This document shows positions 42,537 to 54,891 of a stretch of 64,000 nt of DNA, piece by piece. Location of the stretch: positions 62,001 through 126,000 of the forward strand of contig CBFFRQ010000066.1 of assembly GCA_965644315.1 (NCBI GenBank), written 5' to 3'. The notes under the pieces are model-generated. The model ran no database searches, was not told the origin of the DNA, and saw nothing but the letters and a program-made list of their open reading frames with translations. A program made the translations under genes and the position numbers. Position 1 is the stretch's first letter; each line of letters opens with the position of its first letter. The stretch is from Caecitellus pseudoparvulus. Taxonomy: Eukaryota; Protista; Bigyra: Bicosoecida.

Positions 42537-45500
42537 ATGTCGGGCGCGTGCCGCCACGAGTGCCTCTACACACACCAGAAGACGAAGAAGCGGAAAGTTT
42601 GGCAAGATGGCTTCGTACAAGTGGATGCACAGCGGCGGCTGACCCTGTTGGATGTGAACGACAAGTGAGCTGCCCACTGCGCCTTCCGTGCCTGACCACG
42701 ACGGCGTGCATCAGCCGGGCGCGCAACGCGTCGCAGGGTGCTGGGCAGCTTGCTCCTCTCACACACGCAAGCCGATGCCTTGGAGGGGGCGGAGCTGGAG
42801 ACGGACCGCTTCCTGGTCATGGTGGAGGCGCCGGTCGGTGCTGCGCCGGCGCAAGCACCAGCGCCGCCAGCTCCTGCTCCCAAGCGGAGGCGGCGCCTGG
42901 GCCTCGCACGACCAGCGAGCGCACCTCTGGTGCGAAGCACAGAGCCTCGCACCAGCAAGCTGCGCCGTTCCTCCTCAGCCCTCCCTCGGGAAGGGACTCA
43001 AACACCATCGAGCGTGAAGCAATTTCCGCACACAAACCCGGGAGCACCTGGTACCGCAGCGCTCGCATGCCTCAGCGTCCCCCGGCTGTCTTTCTTGTCA
43101 CTGCTAGTCAAAGGTCATGAGGGAGAACTCACCACTGCAAAGTCTGCCTCTCCGGTGTCGTCCCAAAGCTCCTCCCAAACTTCGCCGAGGGTGCACAGCG
43201 CAGAAGCGCCAGCTGCACCAGCGCACTGTGGCTTTCCGGAGATGGCTTGCACCGTGCTGTGGCCGCCAAAGGACACCTTGGCGCCACCAAAGGCAGAGGG
43301 CAGTAGCAGGCGTGGCAGCAAGCGAGCGCGGAGGTTAGGGCCAGCTGCACCCCTTGGGTACGTGGCTGGCGGTGACCTTGTCCGGAGTCACGCTGGAGGC
43401 CGTGCCAGCCACTCTGCACCCTCCTCTGCACGTGACCAGCGCCTCATGTGGGCGCCCCCTCCCATCCTGCCGTCGCCATGCTCCCCGCCTGCGTTTCTCC
43501 TCCATGCAGCTGGCAGCTGCATCTTGGCAGTGAACCAGCACCTGGCCGTGGCGGCTGCAAAGTACTGGGCGGCTGGCGGGCCACAAGCGAGGCAAGAGGC
43601 CGCCCGCCGCGCAGGTGTCGCACTGTACAGCCGGGTGGGCCTTCTGAAGCTGCCCCCGAAAAAGGACGCAGAAGGAGGCTCTGCCCCCCGCTTCTTCCTT
43701 CAGCTGCAGGGGGGGGACAAGGAGCCCGCCTCCGCCTACCGTGCAGGGGACCTGTGGGCACTGTCCACGTCACGCCGCCTGGATGGCAGCGAAGCAGACT
43801 GCCTGGCACAGCCTGGGCAAGGCTCGCGGGGTGCACGCGTGACCCGTCAACGCCTGGCATGTGTCCTGCGCTCCGTGTACCACGGCGTGTCAGGGCGGGA
43901 CATGGTGCAGGTGGTGCCACTGACGCCGGACCCTGTGCACGCCTTGCCAGCCTTGGGCTCGGGCGTCGTGGAGGCCCAGGTGTGTGCTGTGCGGGTGCCG
44001 GCGCCGACGTCACTCGTTGATGCGCTGCGCGCGGTGTCGTCGGCACTGGACGGAGCTGCAGGGCAGGAGGGCGCACGCCCCCCCCCGCCCATCGTCGGCG
44101 CCCTGGCTGACCCAGCGGCGCCTGCCCCCCCCCTACCTCCAGGCAAGCCTGGTGGCTTGACCTCACCCGGGCAGCTTGTGTCCAACCTCGTGGAGGCCGC
44201 CCACGCCCGCACCCGCCTGAACCCCCAGCAGGTGGCGGTGCTGCGGCAAGTGCTGCACTGGATGGCAGCTGACGCCCCCCACGGCGTGGCAACCGTACAC
44301 GGCGTCTTTGGCGCTGGCAAGAGCCACACTCTGGTGGCAACTATGCAAGCAGCCGTGGCCCTGGCATCGGCCCTGCAGTGGCCTGCCCAGGAACCCTTCC
44401 GCATCTTGGTGGCGGCAGGCACCAACGTGGCTGTGGACAGGCTCTTGCTGGGGTTGCGTGGGGCAGGGTTCACCTCCTTTGCCCGGGTGGGGTCGGCCAA
44501 GGCTGTGCACCCCGACATCCTGCCGCACATGCTGCACCACACGGACAGCGAAGGGTCCTTGGCGGCTGCGCAGCGCGAGCTGACCGGCCTCTTGAACGGG
44601 GCACAAGGCACGCATGGTGAGGACGGCAGTGGCATGGTGAAGGCTGTGCGGGCAGCTCTGGGCGCCCTGGCATCGGTGGAGACACGCATGGCGCTGGCAT
44701 CTGCCCCCATCATCGGTACCACTATCGCCTCAGCAACTTCCCCCGCACTGCACTGCGCCGGGCCCTTCCAGCTTGTGGTGCTGGACGAGGCTTCCCAAGT
44801 GCCATACGCTGGTGCTCTTCTGCCTCTTCTGAAGGCGAGGGCACGGTGGGCGGTGCTGGTGGGGGACCCGCTGCAGCTGCCCCCCCCCACGCCTGACCTG
44901 CCCGCCGGCCTTCCCCCGTCCTCCTGCGACACACTCTTCGAAGCGCTGGTGCGCCGTGGCGGCACTTGCTTGCCCATGACAGAGCAGTACAGGTGCCACC
45001 CGCTCTTGGCTGCTCTGGCCTCTCGTCTCTTCTACGATGCAAAGGTCACATCAGGCATACCCAGTGACCAGCGCCCCCCCATCTTGCCTGACTCTGGCCC
45101 GTTGCTGGTGCTGGACACAGAGGCATGCCCTGGCGCCGCAAGCACCCGTGCATCAGGCGGTGGGGGAAGCTTGGTGAACGAGGGTGAGGCCACCGCCGTT
45201 GCGCGAGCTGTGGAGGAGCTGCTGGTGCACGGCCTGGAGCCAGGGGATGTGGGGGTCATTGCGACGTATCGCCGGCAAGTGGCGGCCATTCGGAGCCGCC
45301 TCGCCTCCCTCGCCACTGCAGCTGACGCGGCGGCAAAGAGCCTGGCTGGCCACGCCCCGCCGCACCCCACCGCTGCTGCGCTGCACCAGCGCATGCTCCA
45401 GGGGTCTCGCCTCTTGCAGCGAGCTGCCGCCGTGCAGGTGGCCACAGTGGATGCCTTCCAAGGCAACGAGAGGGAGGTCGTGGTGTTCAGCGCCACGCAC

Positions 45501-45911
45501 ACGGGCAGCGCCGCTGCCGCTGCCGCCTTCGTGGACGAGCCCCGCCGCACCAACGTCGCCCTGACGCGTGCTAAGCGCACGTTCGTGTTAGTGGGCAGCA
45601 TGTCCACCATAGGGCGGTGCCCTCACTGGGGTCGTGTCGTGGAGGACGCCAGGCAGAGGCCTGGGGCTGTCTTGCCTTCACCCGCCGCCGTCCTCGCCCG
45701 CCTGCCGCCCACTCGCAGCCTCATCGCACGCCTGCGCATGACGCTCTCTGGGCGCCCCCACACTGCGCTCTTTCCAGGCCTGTTCCAGCCTCCCGCAATT
45801 GCGCCACGCCCTTGCTCGGCGACGCCGCCGGCAAGCCACCAAGCCGAGGCGGGCCAGCCTGCGGCTCCGCCTGCCGCCGATGACGCAGTTTTCCTTGCGT
45901 CCACACAATGA
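42537..45911 (+). CDS. ZGRF1: ZGRF1-like DNA-repair SF1 helicase
   Basis: N-terminal DUF2439-like CLYTHQKTKKRKVWQDG; HGVFGAGKS, TNVAVD, DEASQ, GDPLQLPP, QYRCHP, TVDAFQG. Confidence 0.82.
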
Positions 45912-46039
45912 GCTCACCCGCGCCATGCAACGCAGGCAAAAGCCCCCTCCCAGCTCCGTGAGCGCCGGTTTTTCGTCCCCACGCAGTGCGCAGCCGCGGA
46001 GGGGCGGAGTCCATTCGGCGCGGCTGTGAGCAAACCATC

Positions 46040-48345
46040 ATGGCAGCTGCCAGCGCTGGGCCTGGCGCTCCTGCTCGCGCTGCGGCGCCCCTGACCCCAG
46101 AGGAGGAGCTTCAACTCCTCACATCAGCTAAGCCATCTATCGATGCTGAGCTCAACAGCGTGCGTGCCAGCCTTGTGCGCCGTAGGCTGCGCTGCGGAAA
46201 TCGAATGCAGCTCCTCTCGCCGCCGACCCGCAGCTGGACGAGCCGCTGGACGAGAAGCACTTCTATGCGACGCAGGGCAGCACTCGCATTTATGCCCAGT
46301 TTGACGAGGCGTGCCCCAGCTTCTGTGCCGTGACAGAAGCTGACCTCAACATCAACGCTGTCCGGCCGCACGTCCTGGCGCACACAAGGCAGCGCTTGGC
46401 AGCCCTGTTCGGCGCCATTGACCCCATGTTCAAGGAAGGCGAAGTCTTGCACCACTTTGCACCTGGCTACGCACCGCCAGCCCTGCCCTTTCTCTCCGTC
46501 AAGTGGATGGCCTTCTCCATGCCCTTTCCCCTGTGGGCGCGGGACTTCGTCCTCCTGGAGTACAATGACGTGGTCCTTGACAGCACGGGCGTGCCCTGCG
46601 CCTTGGTGGTGTGCAAGTCCCTGCCTTGCAGGCTACGCCCACCCAGCGACCCCTCCAAGGCCCTCGTCCGGGCAGAGCTCCTGCGGTGCTCCTACGTCTT
46701 CCGCCAGGTCAGCGCCAGCCCGCCCCGGGCGCAGGTCATCATGCGGGCACAAGCCGACCCCAAGGGCAGCATCCCCAAGTGGGCCCTGACATTCGTCATC
46801 AAAGAACAAGCCAAGAACCTCCAGCGCCTCGTGCAGTGGGCGGCAGCCATCCCCGACGTCGCCACGCCTTACCAGCCGGCGCCCGGCATCCCGCGGATCC
46901 AGGATGTCCTTGCCAGCTCGCCTGCGCAGCTACTGGCCAGGGCACGCGCAGCCGTGCAGCAGGCGGCCCCGGCGCCCCACCACCCCACCCCTTCGTCCCC
47001 GTCCTCTGCCCTGCATGTCCTACTGTCTGCGCTGGTGCAGGGCACCCCCCTGCCGCCTGGGGCGCTGGCAGGTGCGCCAGTCTTCGGCCGAGTTCTGCGT
47101 TCAGGGTGGGAGCCCGCAAGAGACGCCCCCCCGCACAGCACGGCACGCACGCCTGGCTCTGGCTGTGTGCCTGTGCCACCACCCCCTGATCTGTGTGTGG
47201 GGGCACTGGGCGCCTGCCACGTGGCTGGGCCCACTGCCCTGCGAGAGGCGGCGCAAGCCCTGGCAGGGCAGCCTTGCCTGGCCAACCTCATCACGGCCCT
47301 GCAGAGCCTGGGTGCAGACCCCGTGGCCTGCATCGGGGATGCTCTGGCAGCCAGGGCCGCGTTAGCGAAGGGGGGGCGCCCTCCCCGTCCCCTGCTCTTG
47401 CTGGCCTTTCACCGCCCCCCCGACGCGCCACATAGCGTGGTGAAGGGCACCTGGTCCAGCGCGCTGGCCCTGGCGTGCAGGTTGTACCCCTCCTTCACCC
47501 CCGCGTTCAAACGGGCCCTGCCTGTCTTGCAGTCTGTCTCGTTCGGCACTCTGGAGGCCCAGTTTCGCTCCGCCCGCCCTGGCCTCGTGGCTGAGCTGGC
47601 CCAGTGGGAGGGGGCGGCCGACGTGAGCCCGCACGCGTCCCTGTTCCAGCGCCTGGCACGCTCACCCTTCGCAGAGGGCGGCTACGCGGCCCTCACTCAG
47701 GCAGATGGCGAGGACGCCATGGCCTACGATGTCCGCTACTTTCTCTTCCTGCGCATGGGGCTGCCTGGCTCCTTCACCGGCTCGGGGCGCCTGGCAGGGC
47801 GGGGGGGCACGGACTGGCTGGCATGCCCCCCACGCCTGGCGTTTGTCGACGCGAGGGGGTCAGACAGAGCCGCGCATGGGGCGGGTTCCACCCACGCCGC
47901 TGCCATCGCAGTGGACTTTACCCAGGCTGCGGTGGCCATGCTGCCAGCAGAGGGGTCCACGCAGCACCTGGCCTTGCGACGGGCACTGCAGCAGGCCAAG
48001 CGCCACAGAGGCAGGGAGCCCCAGCAGCTGGGGAAGGCCCTCTGGTCAGTGGCCACGGGCAAGGCACCAGCGGAGCATGAGGACGGCAAGGTGCGACACT
48101 GGATGCAGTCTGGCGCCTTCATCGCGGGGGTGGCGGGGGCAGTGGCACTGGCAGCGCTGTACGGTGGGCCCGCGTTTGACTGGGCGGCAGGCATGGCAGG
48201 GGATGCCACGCACTGGCTGGTGCAGCACGTTGACGCGGCTCAGGGGCTGCTGGTGTCGGGCGGAGCTGGGATCGCTGCCCAGGCGCCAGGCACGACGCCG
48301 TCGAAGCGGCAGGCTCTCTCTGCTGCAGGGCCAGCGGGCAGGTGA
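46040..48345 (+). CDS. START-domain lipid-binding protein with a long C-terminal extension, spliced
   Basis: MPFPLWARDFV, VRAEL..SY..R, DPKGSIPKW START motifs; hydrophobic segment near the C-terminus. Confidence 0.7.
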
Positions 48346-48461
48346 AGGCAATGCACACATTCGCGCCCCACCTCCCTGTTGCGGAGTTGCACTCATGCCT
48401 GCGCGGGGACTGTGACGGGTCCCACCCTGTTTGGCTGTGAGCCAAGCAAGCCTGCAGCGCC

Positions 48462-49947
48462 ATGAGGCGGGCAGCCAAGGTTGCAGGGGCGGCAGCCGCC
48501 CTCATCCTCCCTGCCTCTTCCTACGTCGCCTACAAGTACCGACTGCACCACTCAAGCTACTACGCCCGGCATCCAAATGGATTTGTGCGTGGGATGCGGC
48601 GCATGTGTGCGATGCAGCGCAGGGTTCGGATGGTGCGGAATTCGTAACCACGCAGGTGGACGAGCCGCCCCCTGTGCCTGAAAACGCCGTGGAGAAAGCT
48701 CTGTATACACTCAGCAGGTACATCACAGTCTACACCATCGGTGAGTCGAGGCGCCACCCCTCGCTGTGCGTGTGCCACTGGGGCCGAGCGCACCTCGCAC
48801 CGCAACACGCACACGCACGTGTGCAGGTCAACTGTCCAGCATCTTTCACAACCTCGCCAACAAGCCCGAGGTCCTGGACCGGCACAAGTTGGATCGGTTC
48901 ATCGCATTCTCGCGGAACGGCCAGCCCCTCGTGACGGTGTCTAACCACGAGTCCATGGTGGACGACCCCAGCGGCATGTCCACCATGGTCCCGCACTCGG
49001 TGCGCATGTCCCCCTACCGTATGCGGTGGGGGGCCTGCTCAGAGTACCAGTGCTACCGCAGAGGGGAAGCCTTTGCCACCATGGTGACTGCTGGGAACAC
49101 CCTGCCCATGCAAGTGGGCGCGTCCATGTACCAGTGGGGCATGGCGGGCCTGGCGGACAAGCTGGACGAGGGCGAGTGGGTGCACTTGTTCCCAGAGGGG
49201 CGCATTTGGCAGGAGTTCGGCAAGACCCGCCGACGGGAGGACGGCAGGTGGTGCCTGCCTTCAGGTCGCTGCTCTGCGCCGTGGCTGAAGCTGGGCCCCT
49301 TCAAGTGGGGCGTCGGCAAACTCATCGCCAACTCTGCCGTCGTGCCCATCGTCGTTCCGTACTTCACCATGGGCCTCAGCACCTTCATGCCCCAGCGCAG
49401 TAAGGACGACGACTTGCGTGAGGATGCGCCCCGCTTCGGCTCCGACATCACCTTCAAGGTGGGGGACCCTGTGGAGGTGGCGGACCTCATCAAGGCGTAC
49501 CACCATGCCGCCATCCAGCGCGCCGTGCAGCGCCAGGGGGAGCGGGAGGCTGCGGCAGCTCGAGGGGAGCCCCTCGTTCCAGCGACGTACACTCCCACGC
49601 AGCGCGTAGGCGAGGACGGCGTGACGCCCCTGGCCATCTCCAAGGACACCTGGCGGTACTTCACTGCTGACAGGTGGCTGGATGACGCGGGGTCAGTCGC
49701 CTTCCCCAACCGGGTCACTCCAGATGGGCGAGCTGTGCCGGGCCACATCGAGCCGCCCTTGCGCGTGCGCCCGCCCGACCACCACTTGCTGACCGAGGAG
49801 CAAGCTCGGGAGGAGGAGGGGCACCGCTTGCAGTTGTACGCTGACATCACGCAACGCCTGTGGGAGGCAATGGCGCAGCTGGAGGCTGAGGTGCGCGAGT
49901 ACCGGCGCGGCAAGGGCTTGGGAGACCTGGATGACAAGCAAGGCTGA
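48462..49947 (+). CDS. TAZ: Tafazzin (cardiolipin transacylase), spliced
   Basis: TVSNHESMVDDP, MRW, YQ.GM, GEWVHLFPEG, FKWGVGKLI. Confidence 0.9.
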
Positions 49948-49969
49948 GCCAGCTAGTGCGGTGCATTGT

Positions 49970-50532
49970 CTAGGCACTGCCGCCTTGGCCTGTGCTTGGT
50001 GTACTGCCGCTGTGAATGGTGATTGTCGCTGCACCTCCATCCGCTTCACGTTGCGCCTCCACCTCTGCTTGCGCCTCCACAGACGCCACCGCCTCTTCAG
50101 GCGTCTGTACATTCAGCTTGAATGGCCCCTGCCCCTTCTCGCGGGGGGGCACGGGTGAGATCTCTGGACAGGCACGCACATCGACGATCATTGCCCTCTG
50201 GCCAAGCTTACCTCACGCCTGCTGCCGCACACGCACCGTAGTTTCCAGACTGATTCAAGTGTCCCTGCACGACGTTGTGCTGCAGGAATTCCGCTGCTTC
50301 GTAGAACTGGCTCACAAGCGCCTCTGTGAGCAGGCAGCGCTTGCGTGGCTGCCCAGGCTGCCTCATCCCGCACAGCTCACTCACTGAGCTGGTCCGGGTC
50401 TGTCACAGCTGCTTTCGCCGTGACATGCTGCCGAACCTCTGTCCGCGCCCCTTCGTATGCTACAGGATCATGCTTGAACAACTGCTTCACGGCTCGCATG
50501 AGGTGCCTGTAGCCTGCTCGCGTGCCAGCCAT
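49970..50532 (-). CDS. LYRM7: LYRM7/Mzm1 complex III assembly factor (exons 50532-50385, 50323-50237, 50163-49970)
   Basis: Manual splicing gives MAGTRAGYRHLMRAVKQLFKHDPVAYEGARTEVRQH...VTDPDQLKALVSQFYEAAEFLQHNVVQGHLNQSGNYEISP; canonical GTGAGT/GTGCGT...CAG introns. Confidence 0.82.
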
Positions 50533-50879
50533 GTTGCGGAATTTGAAAACGCTGCCACCGACGCCGTGCTTGGAGTTCTTGAGCTAAAGCAGACACCTTG
50601 AATGAAAAGACGCGGAACCAGCCCCACGCGGAATGCCAATGCATCATACTCGCAGATTTGATGGCCCATGGGGTTCGCCTTCTGGTTGTGTCGGACCCGC
50701 AATACGCCCCCCATGACCCAGCAGAATGGAGAGGGGGGGGGGCGCCGGACCCCTTGCCCGCGACACTTCCCAGCCGTGACACACAACCAACTCTGCACCG
50801 CTTGTGCACTTGTCACACAACTCTCTGCTGCTATCGCTGGAGCTCGGCGGCAGCCCAGCTGCGCGCTGAGTGCCCGTAC

Positions 50880-53800
50880 ATGCACCCGCTCGCGATGCAG
50901 GCAGTGGCACTGGCTTCACGGCATGCGCGGCACTCGCTGCGATGGGCGCTGGCACGGAGTGCAGCCCGACCCTGGGCAGCGAACACTCTCGTCAGGCCCA
51001 AGACCAGCGGGTCCATCGAAGAGATGTACCAGCGCAAGACCCCCGTGGAGCACGTCCTGCTGCGCCCAGGTCAGCCAAACCCCAACCTTGCAGCCTGCGA
51101 TGCCAGGCTTCCGCTCACACACGCCGCCTTTGCTTGCCGCAGGGATGTACATTGGCAGCACAGAGACGACAGCTTTTCACGGTGCTGTGCTTGACAAAGC
51201 CGGCAAAGCGCTGAAGGGTGTGCAAGCCTCATACGTACCCGGCATTGTGAAACTGTTTGATGAGATCCTCGTCAACGCCATGGACAACCGTGCCCGGGAT
51301 TCCCGCATGGACCTCATCAAAGTGACGCTGCCCCCGTTGGGTAGGAGCGCTGCTTCTGGCACTGAAATTTCGGTGTGGAACAATGGCCAGGGCATTCCAG
51401 TGCGTCAGCATGCTGATGAGGGCGTTCTTGTACCTGAGCTCATCATGGGGCACCTCATGACTGGCAGCAGCTTCGATGACACGTCCACGGCCGCCACGGG
51501 CGGGAGGCATGGGTATGGAGCCAAACTCACGAACATTTTCTCGTCTTCATTCACTGTGGAGACGGTGGACTCCCGTGCCGGCAAGGGTTTTCGCAAGACA
51601 TGGCGCGACAACATGAGTGCCTCCACGCCTGCCGACGTATGGAAGGTTCCCCGCAGCGGCAAAGCTGCGGGAGACTACACGTGCATATCCTTCACTCCAG
51701 ACCTTGACCGCTTCGGTGTGGGCAGTCTCTCTTCCGGCACTGTTGCTGCTTTGCATCAGCGCGTGCTGGATGCGGCTGCCTTAATGGGGTCACATGGCGT
51801 ACAGGTAGTGCTCAACGGTGAGCGGGTGTCCATTCCCAGCCTACATGCGTACGCCGAGCTCCACGGGCCAGGCGTCCCCCTCGTGTCAAGCTCCAGCGCT
51901 GCTGGGAAGTGGGAGTTTGCGGTGGGGGTGTCCAGTAGCCACCAGCCCCCTGGACATGGGGCCGCACCGCTCCCCTTGCCCCTGACAAATGGCAGCGTGG
52001 AGTCGTGCAGCTTTGTGAACGGCATGCGAACGTGCCGTGGAGGTACCCACGTTGCCGCTGTCGTGGACCCGCTAGTGACCAAGCTCACCCCCCTGATTGC
52101 CAGGCGAAACAAGCACTTGCGCGTTACGCCTCAAACGGTGCGGGCCCACCTACGGGTTTTCCTCGCGGCGCACTTGCCCGGTTGCTCCTTCGATAGTCAA
52201 GCGAAGGAGCAACTCGTCTCGGAGGTTCCGAGTGAGTACTTGCCCGTCATTTCGGACGCATTTGCCAAGCGAGTGGCTGAGGAGGGAGGTCTTGAGGCTG
52301 CAGTTGTGGCGACGCTTGCTGCAAAGGCGAAGGCAAGCTCTGCCCGAGCAGTGAAGAAGGCGGTGAAAGAGTCAGATGTGCGCAGTATCCCGAAGTTGGA
52401 GGATGCCAACTGGGCGGGCGGGCGCCGCAGCCACCAGTGCACCCTCATCCTGACGGAGGGTGACTCGGCCAAGGCTCTGGCCATGGCCGGACTGTCAGTC
52501 GTGGGCCGTGATGCCTACGGAGTGTTCCCTCTCCGAGGCAAGGTGCTGAACGTGCGTGACATGACTCCCAAAGCTGCTGTCAGCAATGCGGAGGTGGCAG
52601 CCCTCGTGTCCATCTTGGGCCTGCAGTTCGGTGCCAGCTACGAGGACATGCCCCCCCAAGACCGCCCCCTGCGCTACGGCCGTGTTTTGATCATGACCGA
52701 TCAGGACAACGATGGAGCTCACATTAAGGGTTTACTGGTGAACCTCTTCCACACTTTCTGGCCTGACTTGTGCCGGGCATCCAATGGGCAAGACGACTCC
52801 TTCCTCCAGCAGTTCATCACGCCCATCATCAAAGCAAAGAGAGGCGCATTGACTCACCAGTTCTTTTCTGCAACTGCATTTAACCAGTGGCAGGCGGATC
52901 CGCAGAGCGACTGGAGCACCTCAGGGGGCAAAGGGTGGAGCGTCAAGTACTACAAAGGCCTCGGCACCTCCACGGCCACAGAAGGCAAAGCCTACTTCAA
53001 GGACCTGCCAAAACACAAGATACCCTTCACATGGGCGGGGGATGCAGATGATGAAGCCATTGCCATGGCATTCGCCAAGGATCGGGTGGCTCAACGCAAG
53101 GCGTGGCTCAGCAATGTCCAGCCCACCGAGCAGCCCCAATACCAAGCTGACGGCAGGGCCCCCTCATTCTCAGAGTTCGTGGATGAAGAACTGGTGCACT
53201 TCTCTCGGGCTGACATTCAACGCTCTCTGCCATGTGTCTTTGACGGCCTGAAGCCGTCGCAGCGCAAAGTCTTGTTTGCCCTCCTGGCACGAGGCGCGGG
53301 GGAGGTGAAAGTTGCTCAGCTGGCAGGCTACGTCGCCGAGCACACTGCCTACCACCACGGAGAAGCTTCGCTCGTTGGCACCATTGTGAACATGGCACAA
53401 GACTTTGTAGGGGCTAACAATGTGCCCCTCTTATCGCCCATCGGGCAGTTTGGCACCCGCTTGACAGGCGGTAAGGATGCCGCTTCGGCAAGATACATCT
53501 TCACAGCCCTGTCACCGCTGGCCAGGGCACTGTTTCCAGCAGCAGACGACTCGCTTCTGCCCAGGGTTGTCGATGATGGGAAAGCCGTCGAACCCATTTC
53601 CTACCTACCTGTCGTGCCGCTCCTCCTGGCGAACGGGAGTGAAGGCATTGGGACAGGGTGGTCCACAAGCGTACCGCCACACAACCCCCTGGCACTCATC
53701 GATGAAATTCGATCAGCCCTTGACCGTGGCAGTGACGAAGGGCCTCCCTTCACTTCGACGAAGCACTACAGCAATGTTCCTGTGGCGCTTCACCCCTGGG

Positions 53801-54714
53801 TTCGCGGGTTCCAGGGCACCATTGCCCCAGCCGAAGGTGGCTCATTTTTCACGTCTGGCGCGGTTTCTTTGGAAAGCTCCCCGTCAAGGACACGGCAAGG
53901 GCTATGTCAAGGAGTGCGTATCACAGAGCTACCTCTGCGCAAGTGGACGGAAGAGTACCGCCGCACACTCCGCAAACTGCAAGAGAGCGGCATCGTGCGT
54001 ACCTTCTCGGAGCACCACACAGACACGACTGTGGACTTCACCGTCAAATTGGCAGTGCAGGAAGGCCAGGCTGTGCTGGATGAAAGTCAAGTGCTGGATG
54101 CCTTGAAGCTGACAAGCAAGCTGTCAGTCAGCAACATGCATGCACTTGACTGTTTAGGCTCGGTGCTGAAGCTCCACTCGCCCAGTGATGTGCTGCGCAA
54201 CCACTTCACCGCCCGCCTGTCAGCGTACGAAGCACGCTTAAAAGTGCAGCGTGCACAAGCAGCACACGATGCTGCTCTTCTTGAGGCAAAACACCAGTTT
54301 GTTCAAGCTGTCGTTAAAGGTGACCTTCCCCTTCTGAACCAGCCCAGCGACTCCGTGATCGCTGCTCTCTCGAAGCGCGGCCTGCCATCGCAGCTTCACC
54401 TCGACATGACTGTTGCAGGCAAGATGGATGAGGCTCGTTCTCAGGTGTGCCATGCGCTCGGGCTGCAGTCAAACCCGGTTCTTGCCCCGCAGAACGCCTC
54501 CGAGCAGGTCTCCCATGCCTCTTTCCGGTACCTGCTCAACATGCCATTGTCCCAGCTCACGACAGAGGCCATGCGTAAGCTTCAAAAAGATGCAGAAGAC
54601 AAGAGAACTGTGCTGAGAGCGCTTGAATCTGACACTGCGAAGGCTGCCTGGGGGCGTGACCTGGATGCTCTGGAGTCTGCCTTGCGCCAGCTGCCAGGCA
54701 TACCACCCTCTTGA
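50880..54714 (+). CDS. TOP2: Eukaryote-type DNA topoisomerase II, probably organelle-targeted (one 5' intron)
   Basis: EHVLLRP-GMYIGS, EILVNA, GGRHGYGAK, TEGDSAK, PLRGK, DQDNDG, YYKGLGTS, YHHGE, ARYIFT; Arg/Ala-rich leader; no basic C-terminal tail. Confidence 0.93.
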
Positions 54715-54891
54715 GCAATTCAGAATCGCGCGGTGGTCGTGCTGCCAGAAAAGTATTTGGTAGCCCAAGCGGCCCCAGTTTTGACCGGCACCAAGCTACC
54801 GGGCTTGAGGGGCAAGGCCGCGCGGGCTGCAACGCAACAGTTGCGGAATTCGCGCCTGTGCACCCGGAGTCGGTCACTTGTCATCATCGCC

